From the NCBI GenBank assembly GCA_963825525.1, contig CAWGTN010000002.1, positions 1,600,001 through 1,664,000 on the forward strand: DNA of 64,000 nt, in the 5' to 3' direction. The stretch's first letter is position 1. Each line of letters opens with the position of its first letter. Made by a program: the position numbers and the translations under genes. Of the stretch, positions 46,329 through 55,326 are shown piece after piece. Under the pieces are notes generated by a model, which was not told the DNA's origin, made no database searches, and worked only from the letters and a program-made list of their open reading frames with translations. Origin of the DNA: an uncultured Chloroflexia bacterium (GTDB lineage Bacteria; Chloroflexota; Limnocylindria; QHBO01).

Positions 46329-46910
46329 ATGACCACGACGACCGGCTACCGACCGCGGGGCGGCGTGAATCGCCTGCTTGGCTGGGCCGACGACTTCACC
46401 AGCTGGTTCCTCCATGGCCACGAGACATGGCTCGTGGCGGTGCTCAAGGGCGTTCCGCTCTTCCTGTTCGTCTACTTCCTGCTCACCTACGTGCCGAACT
46501 ACGTCTACTACCTGACGACCGTCGAGCTTCCGTTCCTGCGCTTCAGCGACGACGTGGGCTTCCTCATCGCAAATGGCGTGGCGGGCGGCAACTTCGCCCT
46601 GCTGATCCTGCTGGCGGTGGGCGTCCAGGCCTCTCGCGGCAGGCGCGGCTTCGGGTGGGCGTTCATTCGAATCTTCGTGTTCCTCAACTACCTGATGACC
46701 GTGCTCCTGCTCGTGCCGCTGCTGGCGTTCAACCTGGCCGGCGGCTCGTTCTGGCCGGTCACCATCACGCTCCAGTCGGTCGCCTTCGGCATGATGGTGG
46801 CGGGGCTCGGGGCGGCCTCGTGCGTCTACCTCCTCTTCGAGTACCGCCGCATCAACCGACGCGACGCCGAGCTGGCGACCCGGCACAGCGCGGAGCTCGC
46901 GCGGCGCTGA
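46329..46910 (+). CDS. Uncharacterised four-TM protein in the Rieske/cyt b operon
   Basis: AGGAGG RBS, starting 9 nt after the cyt c stop; 193 aa, hydrophobic. Confidence 0.75.
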   Translation: MTTTTGYRPRGGVNRLLGWADDFTSWFLHGHETWLVAVLKGVPLFLFVYFLLTYVPNYVYYLTTVELPFLRFSDDVGFLIANGVAGGNFALLILLAVGVQASRGRRGFGWAFIRIFVFLNYLMTVLLLVPLLAFNLAGGSFWPVTITLQSVAFGMMVAGLGAASCVYLLFEYRRINRRDAELATRHSAELARR

Positions 46911-46942
46911 CCCGAGGGTCGGTCTTCCACGTCGCCTGGTCG

Positions 46943-47245
46943 GTGGTCGTCATCGGCATGGCGGCGATCCCGATCGGCATCGAGCTGGCGAGTCCGTGTC
47001 CGCCGGGTGGCCCCCTGGCCTTCGGCGATTGCGACGAGGTGCGGCCCTTCGCCGTCGGCGTCATCGGCCTGGCGGCCGTCCTGTACGTGGCCGGGCTGTC
47101 GGCAGTCCGATGGTGGACTGGCGGGCTCCGGCGACGGAGGTTGGCGGACGCGACGGCAGCCAGGGATTGGTATCTCCTTGCCGGAGGGATGGGCCTGATC
47201 GTGGCGCCCCTCCTCGCCTTCACCCTGGTATCGGCCCTTCGCTAG
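46943..47245 (+). CDS. Small membrane protein (start uncertain)
   Basis: About 3 TM helices with a CPPGGPLAFGDC loop; fills the gap before fba. Confidence 0.5.
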   Translation: MVVIGMAAIPIGIELASPCPPGGPLAFGDCDEVRPFAVGVIGLAAVLYVAGLSAVRWWTGGLRRRRLADATAARDWYLLAGGMGLIVAPLLAFTLVSALR

Positions 47246-47255
47246 GATGGTCGGC

Positions 47256-48710
47256 ATGCAGATCTCAACAGCCGATGACCTCCGGGCGCGCCTCGACGGC
47301 GTTGCCACCATCACCCCCACCGGGCTGGAGGTCAGCGACGAACGACGACTTCGGGCAGAGCTGATCGACGAGCTGGTGTTCGAGGCCGTCTTCAACCCCG
47401 ATGCGGCCATGCGCGACGCCGTGCGCTGGGTCATCTGGAGCGCGTCTCAGGCGCTCGGATGCGGGTCCGCCTCGATCCACGAGCTGTATCGAGCGCGGGG
47501 TCGCGGCGAGATCGAGCCGACCGCCTTCACCGTCCCGGCCATCAACGTCCGTGCGGTGACCTACCTGACCGCGCGCCAGGCGTTCGCGGCCGCATCGGAG
47601 CGTGATGCGGCCACCGTCATCTTCGAGATTGCGAAGAGCGAGATGGCGTACACCGAGCAGCGCCCGGCCGAGTACACGGCGGTCATCCTGGCCGCGGCGA
47701 TCCGGGAGGGCTGGCGCACGCCGGTCTTCCTGCAGGGCGACCACTTCCAGTTCAACGCCACCAAGTGGGCCGCCGATCCCGAGGCCGAGCTCGACGGCCT
47801 GCGCGACCTGGTGCGTGAGGCCGTGGGCGCCGGGTTCCTGAACATCGACATCGACAGCTCGACCCTGGTGGATCTGTCGCTCCCGACCGTCCCCGAGCAG
47901 CAGCGTGTGAACGCGGAGAACACCGCAGAGCTGACCCGGCTGATTCGGAGCCTCGAGCCCGATGGCGTGACCATCAGCATCGGCGGCGAGATCGGTGAGG
48001 TCGGCAAATCGAACTCGACCGAAGAGGAGCTGCGCGCCTATCTCGACGGTTATCTCCGCGAGCTCGGTGACGGCGCGATCGAGCCGCTCAGCAAGGTCAG
48101 CATCCAGACGGGCACCAGTCACGGGGGTGTGCCGATGGCCGACGGGACGATCGCGGCGGTGAGCATTGACTTCGACACGCTCGGACGGCTGTCGACCGTG
48201 GCCCGTGACGAGTACGGGATGGCCGGCTGTGTCCAGCACGGCGCCTCGACACTGCCCGACGAGGCGTTCAACCACTTCCCCGAGCATGGCACCGCCGAGA
48301 TCCATCTCGCGACGGGCTTCCAGAATATCCTGTACGAGGGCGGCGGCCTTCCGCGGGAGGTCAAGGACGAGATGATGGCCTGGTGCATCGAGCATTGCGC
48401 CGCGGAGCGCAAGGACGGCGAGACTGACGAGCAGTTCCTGTACAAGACCCGCAAGAAGGCAATCGGTCCGTTCAAGCATGAGCTCTGGACCCTGCCGGAC
48501 GATGCGTCAGCCACGATCGCCGCGAATCTGCGCGCCAAGTTCGGGCTGCTCTTCGATGAGCTCGGGATTGCCGGCACCCGCGCGGTGGTGGAACGCCACA
48601 TCACCCCGGTTGCCATGGCTCTGCCGCTGCCCTCCGCGCTCGGGGGCGGGGATGCCGAAGTCATCACGGCCGGCGCCGCGGTCTTCGAGGACGACGGCTC
48701 CGGCGAGTAG
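47256..48710 (+). CDS. Class II fructose-bisphosphate aldolase family protein (long variant)
   Basis: Motifs VPAIN, LQGDH, GEIGEVG, GTSHGG, VQHGAS and IHLATGFQ. Start placed at ATG 47256, 7 nt after TAGGAT. Confidence 0.88.
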   Translation: MQISTADDLRARLDGVATITPTGLEVSDERRLRAELIDELVFEAVFNPDAAMRDAVRWVIWSASQALGCGSASIHELYRARGRGEIEPTAFTVPAINVRAVTYLTARQAFAAASERDAATVIFEIAKSEMAYTEQRPAEYTAVILAAAIREGWRTPVFLQGDHFQFNATKWAADPEAELDGLRDLVREAVGAGFLNIDIDSSTLVDLSLPTVPEQQRVNAENTAELTRLIRSLEPDGVTISIGGEIGEVGKSNSTEEELRAYLDGYLRELGDGAIEPLSKVSIQTGTSHGGVPMADGTIAAVSIDFDTLGRLSTVARDEYGMAGCVQHGASTLPDEAFNHFPEHGTAEIHLATGFQNILYEGGGLPREVKDEMMAWCIEHCAAERKDGETDEQFLYKTRKKAIGPFKHELWTLPDDASATIAANLRAKFGLLFDELGIAGTRAVVERHITPVAMALPLPSALGGGDAEVITAGAAVFEDDGSGE

Positions 48711-48716
48711 GCGAAC

Positions 48717-49451
48717 CTAGCGGACGCCCATCAGCTTCTGGAGCATCGGCTGGTCGGCGAGGCCGATGAGCCGCCGCGCGTGCTTGGGCGGAATCCGGGC
48801 GAGGGTCGCCAGGATGCGCTCGAGGTCGTCGGTCCCGAGCTCGGCGACCAATGCCCACAGTCGATCCACGATTTCGGGCTCGAGGCGCTCGATGGTCGTG
48901 AACAGGCTCTCGATCGAGCGAGCATCGCCGCGCACGAAGAGCTCCACGCCGCGATCGAAGCGCCGCACGAAGGCAAGGAGTGAGGTGAGCCGCTCTCCCA
49001 GCGCGACCATCTCTCCGTCCGTCGCGTCGCGCCCGGCCTCGCGCGCCAGCGCCTCACAGCGTTCGATGACCGGCAGGACCGGGTCGGTCTCCCGCTGCTT
49101 GCGGGCCGCGGCGACGCGCCGAAACCACTCCCAATGGTCGCCCACGACGGTCCAGGCGGTGGCCGCCGGCCCACGCTGGCCCGAGCGTCGAGGAGTCTCG
49201 GCGCGCTCGATGAGGCCCCACTCCTCGCATTGCGCCAGCGCCAGGCTCGTTGCGCGATGGCTCATGCCGAGCGCCCGTCGGACTTCCGGTTCGGACTGCG
49301 CACCATCCGAGACCAACAGGTAGCCCTGCACCGCGGCAGTCGAGGGGGCGACACCCCATGCGGCGCCGATGGCTCCCCAGGCGATCGCGAATGATCGGCG
49401 AAGCTCCTCCGCCGCCGAGATGGTCGGTGGCGTGATAAACGTGCTACTCAC
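48717..49451 (-). CDS. GbsR/MarR-family transcriptional regulator
   Basis: WGAIGAAWGV...VQGYLLVS, wHTH ending WGLI, and RKQRETDP. Confidence 0.82.
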   Translation of the reverse strand: MSSTFITPPTISAAEELRRSFAIAWGAIGAAWGVAPSTAAVQGYLLVSDGAQSEPEVRRALGMSHRATSLALAQCEEWGLIERAETPRRSGQRGPAATAWTVVGDHWEWFRRVAAARKQRETDPVLPVIERCEALAREAGRDATDGEMVALGERLTSLLAFVRRFDRGVELFVRGDARSIESLFTTIERLEPEIVDRLWALVAELGTDDLERILATLARIPPKHARRLIGLADQPMLQKLMGVR

Positions 49452-49481
49452 AAAAGCATGTTACAGCTCGGCCGGGCATGA

Positions 49482-49511
49482 CGAAGCCCCGGCGGTGGGG
49501 CCGGGGCTTCG
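49482..49511 (-). terminator. GC-rich hairpin after iscA (probable terminator, no U-tract)
   Basis: 12-bp perfect stem CGAAGCCCCGGC/GCCGGGGCTTCG with a 6-nt loop, 17 nt after the iscA stop. Confidence 0.65.
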
Positions 49512-49528
49512 GTCGCGGATCGTGCGGT

Positions 49529-49954
49529 CTAGTGAGCGCAGCCACCAGCCTTGGCGGGGGATCCATCGGTATTGAACGACGACCCGCAGGCGCAGCTGCT
49601 GACGGCGTTCGGGTTGTTGATCGCGAAGCCGGAGCCCATGAGCGAATCGACATAGTCGATCTCGGCGCCGGTCACGTGCTGCTGGCTGAACTGGTCGATG
49701 ACGACCGGCACGCCGCTGTGGTCCTCGACCTTGTCGCCCTCGTTGATCTTCTCGTCAAACGCCAAGCCGTAGGAGAAGCCTGAGCATCCGCCGCTCTTCA
49801 CGAACAGGCGGAGTCGCGCATCGGCTTTGCCTTCGCGCTGTCGAAGCTCGAGTACCTTGCGGCCGGCAGCCTCGGTGACCGACACGAGCAGCTCACCACT
49901 CGGTGCGCCGCCGGTCATCGAGATCGGCTCGCGTGGAGTCTCGGAAATCGTCAT
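49529..49954 (-). CDS. Fe-S cluster assembly A-type carrier (IscA/ErpA/HesB)
   Basis: Motifs GGCSGFSY, IDYVDSLMGSGF and NPNAVSSCACGSSF. AGGAG RBS and TATACT -10 upstream. Confidence 0.93.
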   Translation of the reverse strand: MTISETPREPISMTGGAPSGELLVSVTEAAGRKVLELRQREGKADARLRLFVKSGGCSGFSYGLAFDEKINEGDKVEDHSGVPVVIDQFSQQHVTGAEIDYVDSLMGSGFAINNPNAVSSCACGSSFNTDGSPAKAGGCAH

Positions 49955-50150
49955 TTCGTATCGGTCTCCTGATGGGCGCCCTGAGCGCCGTGGGATCGGA
50001 TTCGCTCTGGAAAGTATACCAAGCACGCAGCCCTGCCCTGCAAGAGGACGATCGGGCCGTTCGGGAGCGGTCGTCCCGCTCGACGGATCGGTACACTATG
50101 CGGGCCCCCGAGCCCATTGGCCAGCGCCCCGCAATGAGGACCGACCAGCC

Positions 50151-51350
50151 GTGAGACTTGCCAGCCGCATGGAGCGAATCGGGACCGAGACCGCCTTCGA
50201 GGCGGCGGCTCGCGCCCGGGCTCTCGAAGCGAGCGGCCGTGACGTCATCCATCTCGAGATCGGCGAACCCGACTTCGACACGCCCCGGCACGTCTCCGAG
50301 GCTGCGGCACGCGCGCTGCTCGAGGACGGCGAGACCCACTACACCGCGGCGACCGGCATCGCGCCCCTCCGCCAGGCAATCGTCGCCGACGTGAAACGCT
50401 GGAAGGGGATCGACACCGGACCGGACCAGGTGATCGTCACGCCGGGCGCCAAGCCGATCATGTTCTACGCCATGCTCGCCCTGGTCGATGACGGTGACGA
50501 GGTCATCTACCCGAATCCCGGCTTCCCCATCTACGAATCGATGGCGCGCTACGTCGGGGGCACCCCCGTGGCGGCACCGCTCCGCGAGTCGAACGACTTC
50601 CGCATGGATGTTGACGAGGTGGCGTCGCTCATCACGCCGCGGACGCGAATGCTCGTCTTCAACTCACCGCACAACCCGACCGGATCGATCCTCACCGACG
50701 CGGACATCCGGCGCCTGGCTGAGCTGGCCGTCGAGCATGACCTCGTTGTCCTGGCCGACGAGATCTACGGCCGGCTCCAGTACGAGGGCAGCCTGCTGTC
50801 CATCGCGACCCTGCCCGGCATGGCCGAGCGCACGATCACCCTGGACGGGTTCAGCAAGACGTTCGCGATGACCGGCTGGCGGCTGGGGTACGGCATCCTC
50901 CCCGAGTGGCTCGTGCCATCGTTCAGCCGCCTCGTCATCAACAGCGTGTCGTGCACCAACGCCTTCGCCCAGGCAGGCGCCGTCGAGGCGCTCACCGGTC
51001 CGCAGGACGACGCCGATGCGATGCGCGAGGAGTTCATCGCCCGCCGCCAGATCATGGTCGACGGCCTGAACGCCATCCCCGGCGTGTCATGCGTCATGCC
51101 TCACGGTGCGTTCTACACGTTCCCCAACGTTTCGTCCTTCGGGAGGACGAGCTCCGAGATCGCCGATCACCTGCTCTACGACGCCGGCGTCTGCGGCCTG
51201 GCGGGCACGGCCTTCGGCAAGCACGGCGAGGGTCATCTGCGTTTCAGCTACGCGAACTCGCGCGAGAACCTCGTCGCCGCCCTCGAACGGGTGTCCGAGT
51301 CGCTGGCCAAGCTCGAACGGACCGGTGAGCTGGTGAGCGCCGCCTCGTGA
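50151..51350 (+). CDS. Class I PLP aminotransferase (aspartate aminotransferase-like)
   Basis: Motifs [31 protein letters not shown] and GAFY. Confidence 0.93.
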   Translation: MRLASRMERIGTETAFEAAARARALEASGRDVIHLEIGEPDFDTPRHVSEAAARALLEDGETHYTAATGIAPLRQAIVADVKRWKGIDTGPDQVIVTPGAKPIMFYAMLALVDDGDEVIYPNPGFPIYESMARYVGGTPVAAPLRESNDFRMDVDEVASLITPRTRMLVFNSPHNPTGSILTDADIRRLAELAVEHDLVVLADEIYGRLQYEGSLLSIATLPGMAERTITLDGFSKTFAMTGWRLGYGILPEWLVPSFSRLVINSVSCTNAFAQAGAVEALTGPQDDADAMREEFIARRQIMVDGLNAIPGVSCVMPHGAFYTFPNVSSFGRTSSEIADHLLYDAGVCGLAGTAFGKHGEGHLRFSYANSRENLVAALERVSESLAKLERTGELVSAAS

Positions 51351-52342
51351 GCGATCGTCCCCGCGTCCTCGTCACCCGCCTCATCCCCGAAGCCGGCCTC
51401 GATCCGGTCCGCGAGGCGTGCGAGGTCGATCTCTGGGAGGACGAGCTTCCTCCGCCGCGTGACGAGCTTCTTCGTCGGGTGGCCGGCGTGGACGGCCTCC
51501 TCTCGCTCCTGACCGACCGCGTGGATGACGAGCTTCTCGACGCGGCGGGTCCGCAGCTTCGCGTCGTGAGCAACTTCGCCGTTGGATTCGACAACATCGA
51601 TGTACCGGCGCTGACCCGCCGGGGGATTCCCGCCGGCAACACTCCCGGCGTCCTGACCGAGACCACCGCCGACCTCGCCTTCACCCTGCTCATGGCGGCG
51701 GCGCGGCGCATTCCCGAGTCGGTCGACTACGTCCGGGACGGCCACTGGAAGACCTGGGGGCCCATGCTCCTCATGGGCGTGGACATCCACGGCGCCACGC
51801 TCGGCATCGTTGGGTTCGGACGCATCGGCCGCGAGATGGCTCGACGTGGACGTGGATTCGGCATGCGCATCCTGTACCACGATGTCCACCCCGCCACCCC
51901 GGAGGAAGAGGCGGAACTCGGCGCCACGCGCGTCGACATGGACCGCCTGCTCGCCGAGTCTGACTTCATCAGCCTTCACGTGAACCTGACGGACGAGACG
52001 CATCACCTGATCGACGCCGATGCGCTGCGCGCCATGAAACGGACCGCGGTGCTCGTCAACACGTCTCGGGGCCCGGTCGTGGATCCGGCGGCGCTCGAGT
52101 CCGCCCTGCGCGATGGCGAGGTCTTCGCTGCCGGCCTGGACGTGACGGAGCCGGAGCCACTCCCCGCCGATCACCCGCTGGTGGCCCTGCCGAACTGCGT
52201 GGTCGTGCCGCACATCGCGTCGGCATCGCGAGTGACGCGGGACCGCATGGCACAGATGGCGGCGGCCAACCTGCTGGCCGGCGTTCGTGGCGATCGGCTG
52301 CCGACGCCGGTCAACCCCGAGGTGTACGACGCGCGTGCCTGA
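51347..52342 (+). CDS. D-2-hydroxyacid dehydrogenase (glyoxylate reductase / D-glycerate dehydrogenase)
   Basis: Motifs [33 protein letters not shown] and PHIAS. Confidence 0.93.
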   Translation: MSDRPRVLVTRLIPEAGLDPVREACEVDLWEDELPPPRDELLRRVAGVDGLLSLLTDRVDDELLDAAGPQLRVVSNFAVGFDNIDVPALTRRGIPAGNTPGVLTETTADLAFTLLMAAARRIPESVDYVRDGHWKTWGPMLLMGVDIHGATLGIVGFGRIGREMARRGRGFGMRILYHDVHPATPEEEAELGATRVDMDRLLAESDFISLHVNLTDETHHLIDADALRAMKRTAVLVNTSRGPVVDPAALESALRDGEVFAAGLDVTEPEPLPADHPLVALPNCVVVPHIASASRVTRDRMAQMAAANLLAGVRGDRLPTPVNPEVYDARA

Positions 52343-52562
52343 TCGGTCGTTCAAGCTGCCCGACCTCTCGCAGCCTCATCCCTACGAGCACCAGCGACCG
52401 AAGCGCCCGTCGCATCTCCCGCGCCGGCTGACCCCACCGCCGACCCGCGACGACCCGCCCGACCTCTCGTTGTTCCTGTATGCGGGGATGGTGCTGCTGA
52501 TCATCCTGGCCATCCTGGCCATCCCCTACGTGATCGGCTACCTGTTCGAGGTCGTGTTCTAA
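52335..52562 (+). CDS. Small protein with a Pro-rich N-terminus and C-terminal TM helix
   Basis: GTG start overlaps the upstream gene end; hydrophobic [26 protein letters not shown]. Confidence 0.55.
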   Translation: MPDRSFKLPDLSQPHPYEHQRPKRPSHLPRRLTPPPTRDDPPDLSLFLYAGMVLLIILAILAIPYVIGYLFEVVF

Positions 52563-54448
52563 CCCGACCGCGTGCGGGCCAGGGATGACGCGGTCAGCAT
52601 GCTGATCGCAAAGGCAACGGCAACCGTCACCGGCGGCACCAGCCGCCACGGCTCGAGGGCCGAGCACCCCTCGAACGTCGGGATCAGCCACGTCCCGCAG
52701 CCCGCGGACGCGACCGCAAGCAGCGCTCCGCCCACGATGGCGACCAGGGCCACGCTCGGCAGCAACTCGGCCGCCAGCGGGTGGCGCCGGAGCATGCCCG
52801 CAGCAAGCGCCAGGACGAAGGCGGCACCAACGATGGCCAGCGCGACCCCGATCGGGGGTGCATCGCCGGACACCAGGCCGCCGAGTCCGGCGACCGCCAT
52901 CGCGACAGCCGCCGTGAGCAGGACCCCTGCCGTCAGCGGACGAACCCAGGCGCGCTCGACGAGCCGGGCCCGCGGCGGCCGGGCAGGGATCGAACCCGAC
53001 TGCGGAGGATCGATCGCCGGGTCGAGCTCGTGGAGCGTGCGACCGCGATCATCGGCGGATTCGAAGCTCAGGATGGCTCGCGTGCCCGGCCCGGTGAGGC
53101 GCAGCGCCGGACGGATGCCGGTGGTGGTGGCCACGCTGCCGGGCACAGCCCGAAGCCCTGCGCGCAGCGGCTCGAGCATGATGGCGAGGTTGCTCTCCAG
53201 GGCGAGGATGGCGAGGTGGGGCCTGTCGTCGTGCACCTCGGCAACGTCACGGTGCAGGTGCCAGGCCTGTCGGGTGAGCTCCGCGCTGGAGAGCCACCCC
53301 ACGCGTGCACCGGCCGCCGACGGCGCTCGCCCGCCGCGAAGGGACGCGAAGGTGCCGGTCAGCTCGGTGTCGATCAGCTCGCCCACGACCGGCCGGCTCG
53401 ACGGAGTCACCTGCGTTCGGCGCTCCTGTCGGAAGATCGGATAGCCGATGGCAGCGCTCAGGATCAGCAGCCCGGCCAGGCCACCGAGGACGGCCGGCAC
53501 GACGTAGCTCGCCGACGGCAGGATCGGGCCGACCCCGTCGGCGAGGACCGTGGCCGTCGGGTGCCGGAGGCCGGCAAGAGCGGCCCGCATCGGCTCGGCG
53601 GCAAGGACGGTGCGCATCTTGACGGCATCGGTGGTTGTGACGCCGGCGAGCGTGATCGGCAGGGCATCGGGCGCGTGCGGTGACTCGAGCCAGGCGACCG
53701 ACGCCGGACTCGCTGCGTCCGACACGCGATAGCGCCATGCCACGCCGTCGACGCAGGCGGATCCGCCGCTGCACTCGACCTCATCCGCATCGTGAAGCGT
53801 CGCGCGGATCGTCGTCGGCTGATCGTCCCTGACGTCATCCACGCCGGCCTCGGCGTCGGCCTGCGCGGCATCGCCGACCTCGATGAGGAGTGGGAGGCCG
53901 TCGACAGTCCCGGCGGACGTCACCCGGACGGACCGTGTTCGAATGGCCTCTGCGTTGCGGGCCGAGCGAACGACCAGCGCGTCGGCGGTCGAGTCCGGGT
54001 CCCGCAGCACGTAGAACCAGCGGGTGACGCCATCGCCGCGTGTCAGCGGGACGATCGTCTGTCGCCGCCAGCCGGGCTCGACGAGGACCTCTCCGTGGAT
54101 CACCTGGTGGTCGTGCGGCTCATCGAGGACTCGGAGGTAGCGCACGTCGTCGCTCGCGTAGATGCTGTTGTCCAGGTGCGGACCCGACAGGAGTCCGCTG
54201 ACCTCGACCCACGCGTTCCTCTCCTCGGCCACCAGGTCTGCCACCGATGTGCTCAACGGCCTGGGACGTGCGGCGATGGCCTCGTTCGTGGCGATCGCGC
54301 TCGACCAGGCCAGTGCGATCAGCAGGCTCGCAACGAGGACGGCGCCCGGGACCCTGAACGGCAGAAACCCCAGGAGCCGGCCGATGATCCGATCCACCCG
54401 GTGTCCGAGGTACCCGATCATGGCCGCGACACGGAGGAGGACCGTCAT
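52559..54448 (-). CDS. Large hypothetical membrane protein
   Basis: About 630 aa: N-terminal TM, large soluble region, TM, cytoplasmic region and about 4 C-terminal TM helices. No family recognised. Confidence 0.65.
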   Translation of the reverse strand: MTVLLRVAAMIGYLGHRVDRIIGRLLGFLPFRVPGAVLVASLLIALAWSSAIATNEAIAARPRPLSTSVADLVAEERNAWVEVSGLLSGPHLDNSIYASDDVRYLRVLDEPHDHQVIHGEVLVEPGWRRQTIVPLTRGDGVTRWFYVLRDPDSTADALVVRSARNAEAIRTRSVRVTSAGTVDGLPLLIEVGDAAQADAEAGVDDVRDDQPTTIRATLHDADEVECSGGSACVDGVAWRYRVSDAASPASVAWLESPHAPDALPITLAGVTTTDAVKMRTVLAAEPMRAALAGLRHPTATVLADGVGPILPSASYVVPAVLGGLAGLLILSAAIGYPIFRQERRTQVTPSSRPVVGELIDTELTGTFASLRGGRAPSAAGARVGWLSSAELTRQAWHLHRDVAEVHDDRPHLAILALESNLAIMLEPLRAGLRAVPGSVATTTGIRPALRLTGPGTRAILSFESADDRGRTLHELDPAIDPPQSGSIPARPPRARLVERAWVRPLTAGVLLTAAVAMAVAGLGGLVSGDAPPIGVALAIVGAAFVLALAAGMLRRHPLAAELLPSVALVAIVGGALLAVASAGCGTWLIPTFEGCSALEPWRLVPPVTVAVAFAISMLTASSLARTRSG

Positions 54449-54519
54449 GCGTGGACGTCGGGCGTGCGCACGCAACTGATACCCCGCAGAGACCCGGAAC
54501 GTTCAGTCGGATCCGGGAC

Positions 54520-55326
54520 TCAGGCCTGCGCGGTCCACACCAGGACGCGGTCTCCGTCGATCCTCACCCGCGGTCGAACGAGATCCGGCAGCTCGATCGG
54601 GTAGGCGCTGGCGTCGCCTCGGTACGGCGCATCCCGCCAGGTGCCTCGTCCGTTGGCCAGCCGTCCAGCGAGGTCGAAGCTGGCGCCGTGGCACGGACAG
54701 CGCAGATCGTGCCACTCGGGGCGGTACTGCAGGGTGCAGCCCATGTGGCTGCATACCGACGACAGGGCGCGGATGTCACCTTCGTCGTTCACGACGAAGC
54801 CATCAAAGGCGGCCGTCGAGAATCGCAGCGCGTTCCCCGGGGACAGCTCGGAGACGAGCGCGACCTCCTGCCAGAACCCGTCGCCGGCGACCAGGTCGTC
54901 ATCGCCACCGAGTGTGGGACGGCGGGTGGATCGAGGCGCCAGGGCCGATCCGATGGTGCCCGCGGCCAGCCCGGCGGCGACGCCGATGCCGGCCCGCAGC
55001 AGGTTCCGACGCGAGATGCGCCACGGGGCCCACCCGGCCGGCTCCGGTGGCAGCCGGGCCGACGACGCGCGGATGGGTGGAGGAACCTGGACCGCGGTCG
55101 CCCCTTCGTCGGCGGCGCGCATCCGCAGACGCAGCTGCTCGACGAACGCGGCGTTCGGCTCGATAAGGTCGGCCGGCCCGGAGGCGGCCGCCATCTCGGC
55201 CGCCAGCCTCGCCATCTCCGCCTCGGCGGCATCGGCCACGTGCCGTGGGGACGGACGCGCGTCCTGCAGCAGCGCATCCAGGTACTCCGCGAAGTCATCG
55301 CCGCGTGGGTCCCGCTCATCAGCCAT
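54520..55326 (-). CDS. Rieske [2Fe-2S] protein with an N-terminal anti-sigma-like domain and internal Tat motif
   Basis: Helical N-terminus (FAEYLDALL...PNAAFVEQLRLRM), SRRNLL plus TM helix, and boxes CSHMGC and CPCHGASF. Overlaps the ECF stop by 8 nt. Confidence 0.88.
   Translation of the reverse strand: MADERDPRGDDFAEYLDALLQDARPSPRHVADAAEAEMARLAAEMAAASGPADLIEPNAAFVEQLRLRMRAADEGATAVQVPPPIRASSARLPPEPAGWAPWRISRRNLLRAGIGVAAGLAAGTIGSALAPRSTRRPTLGGDDDLVAGDGFWQEVALVSELSPGNALRFSTAAFDGFVVNDEGDIRALSSVCSHMGCTLQYRPEWHDLRCPCHGASFDLAGRLANGRGTWRDAPYRGDASAYPIELPDLVRPRVRIDGDRVLVWTAQA

Noticed and set aside
54520-55326. Second Rieske protein as a spare subunit of the bc complex
   Set aside because: It is coupled to the ECF gene, has a long N-terminal extension, and lacks the box-2 Ser/Tyr and the GPAP motif. 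The bc operon already has its own Rieske. Not fully excluded.
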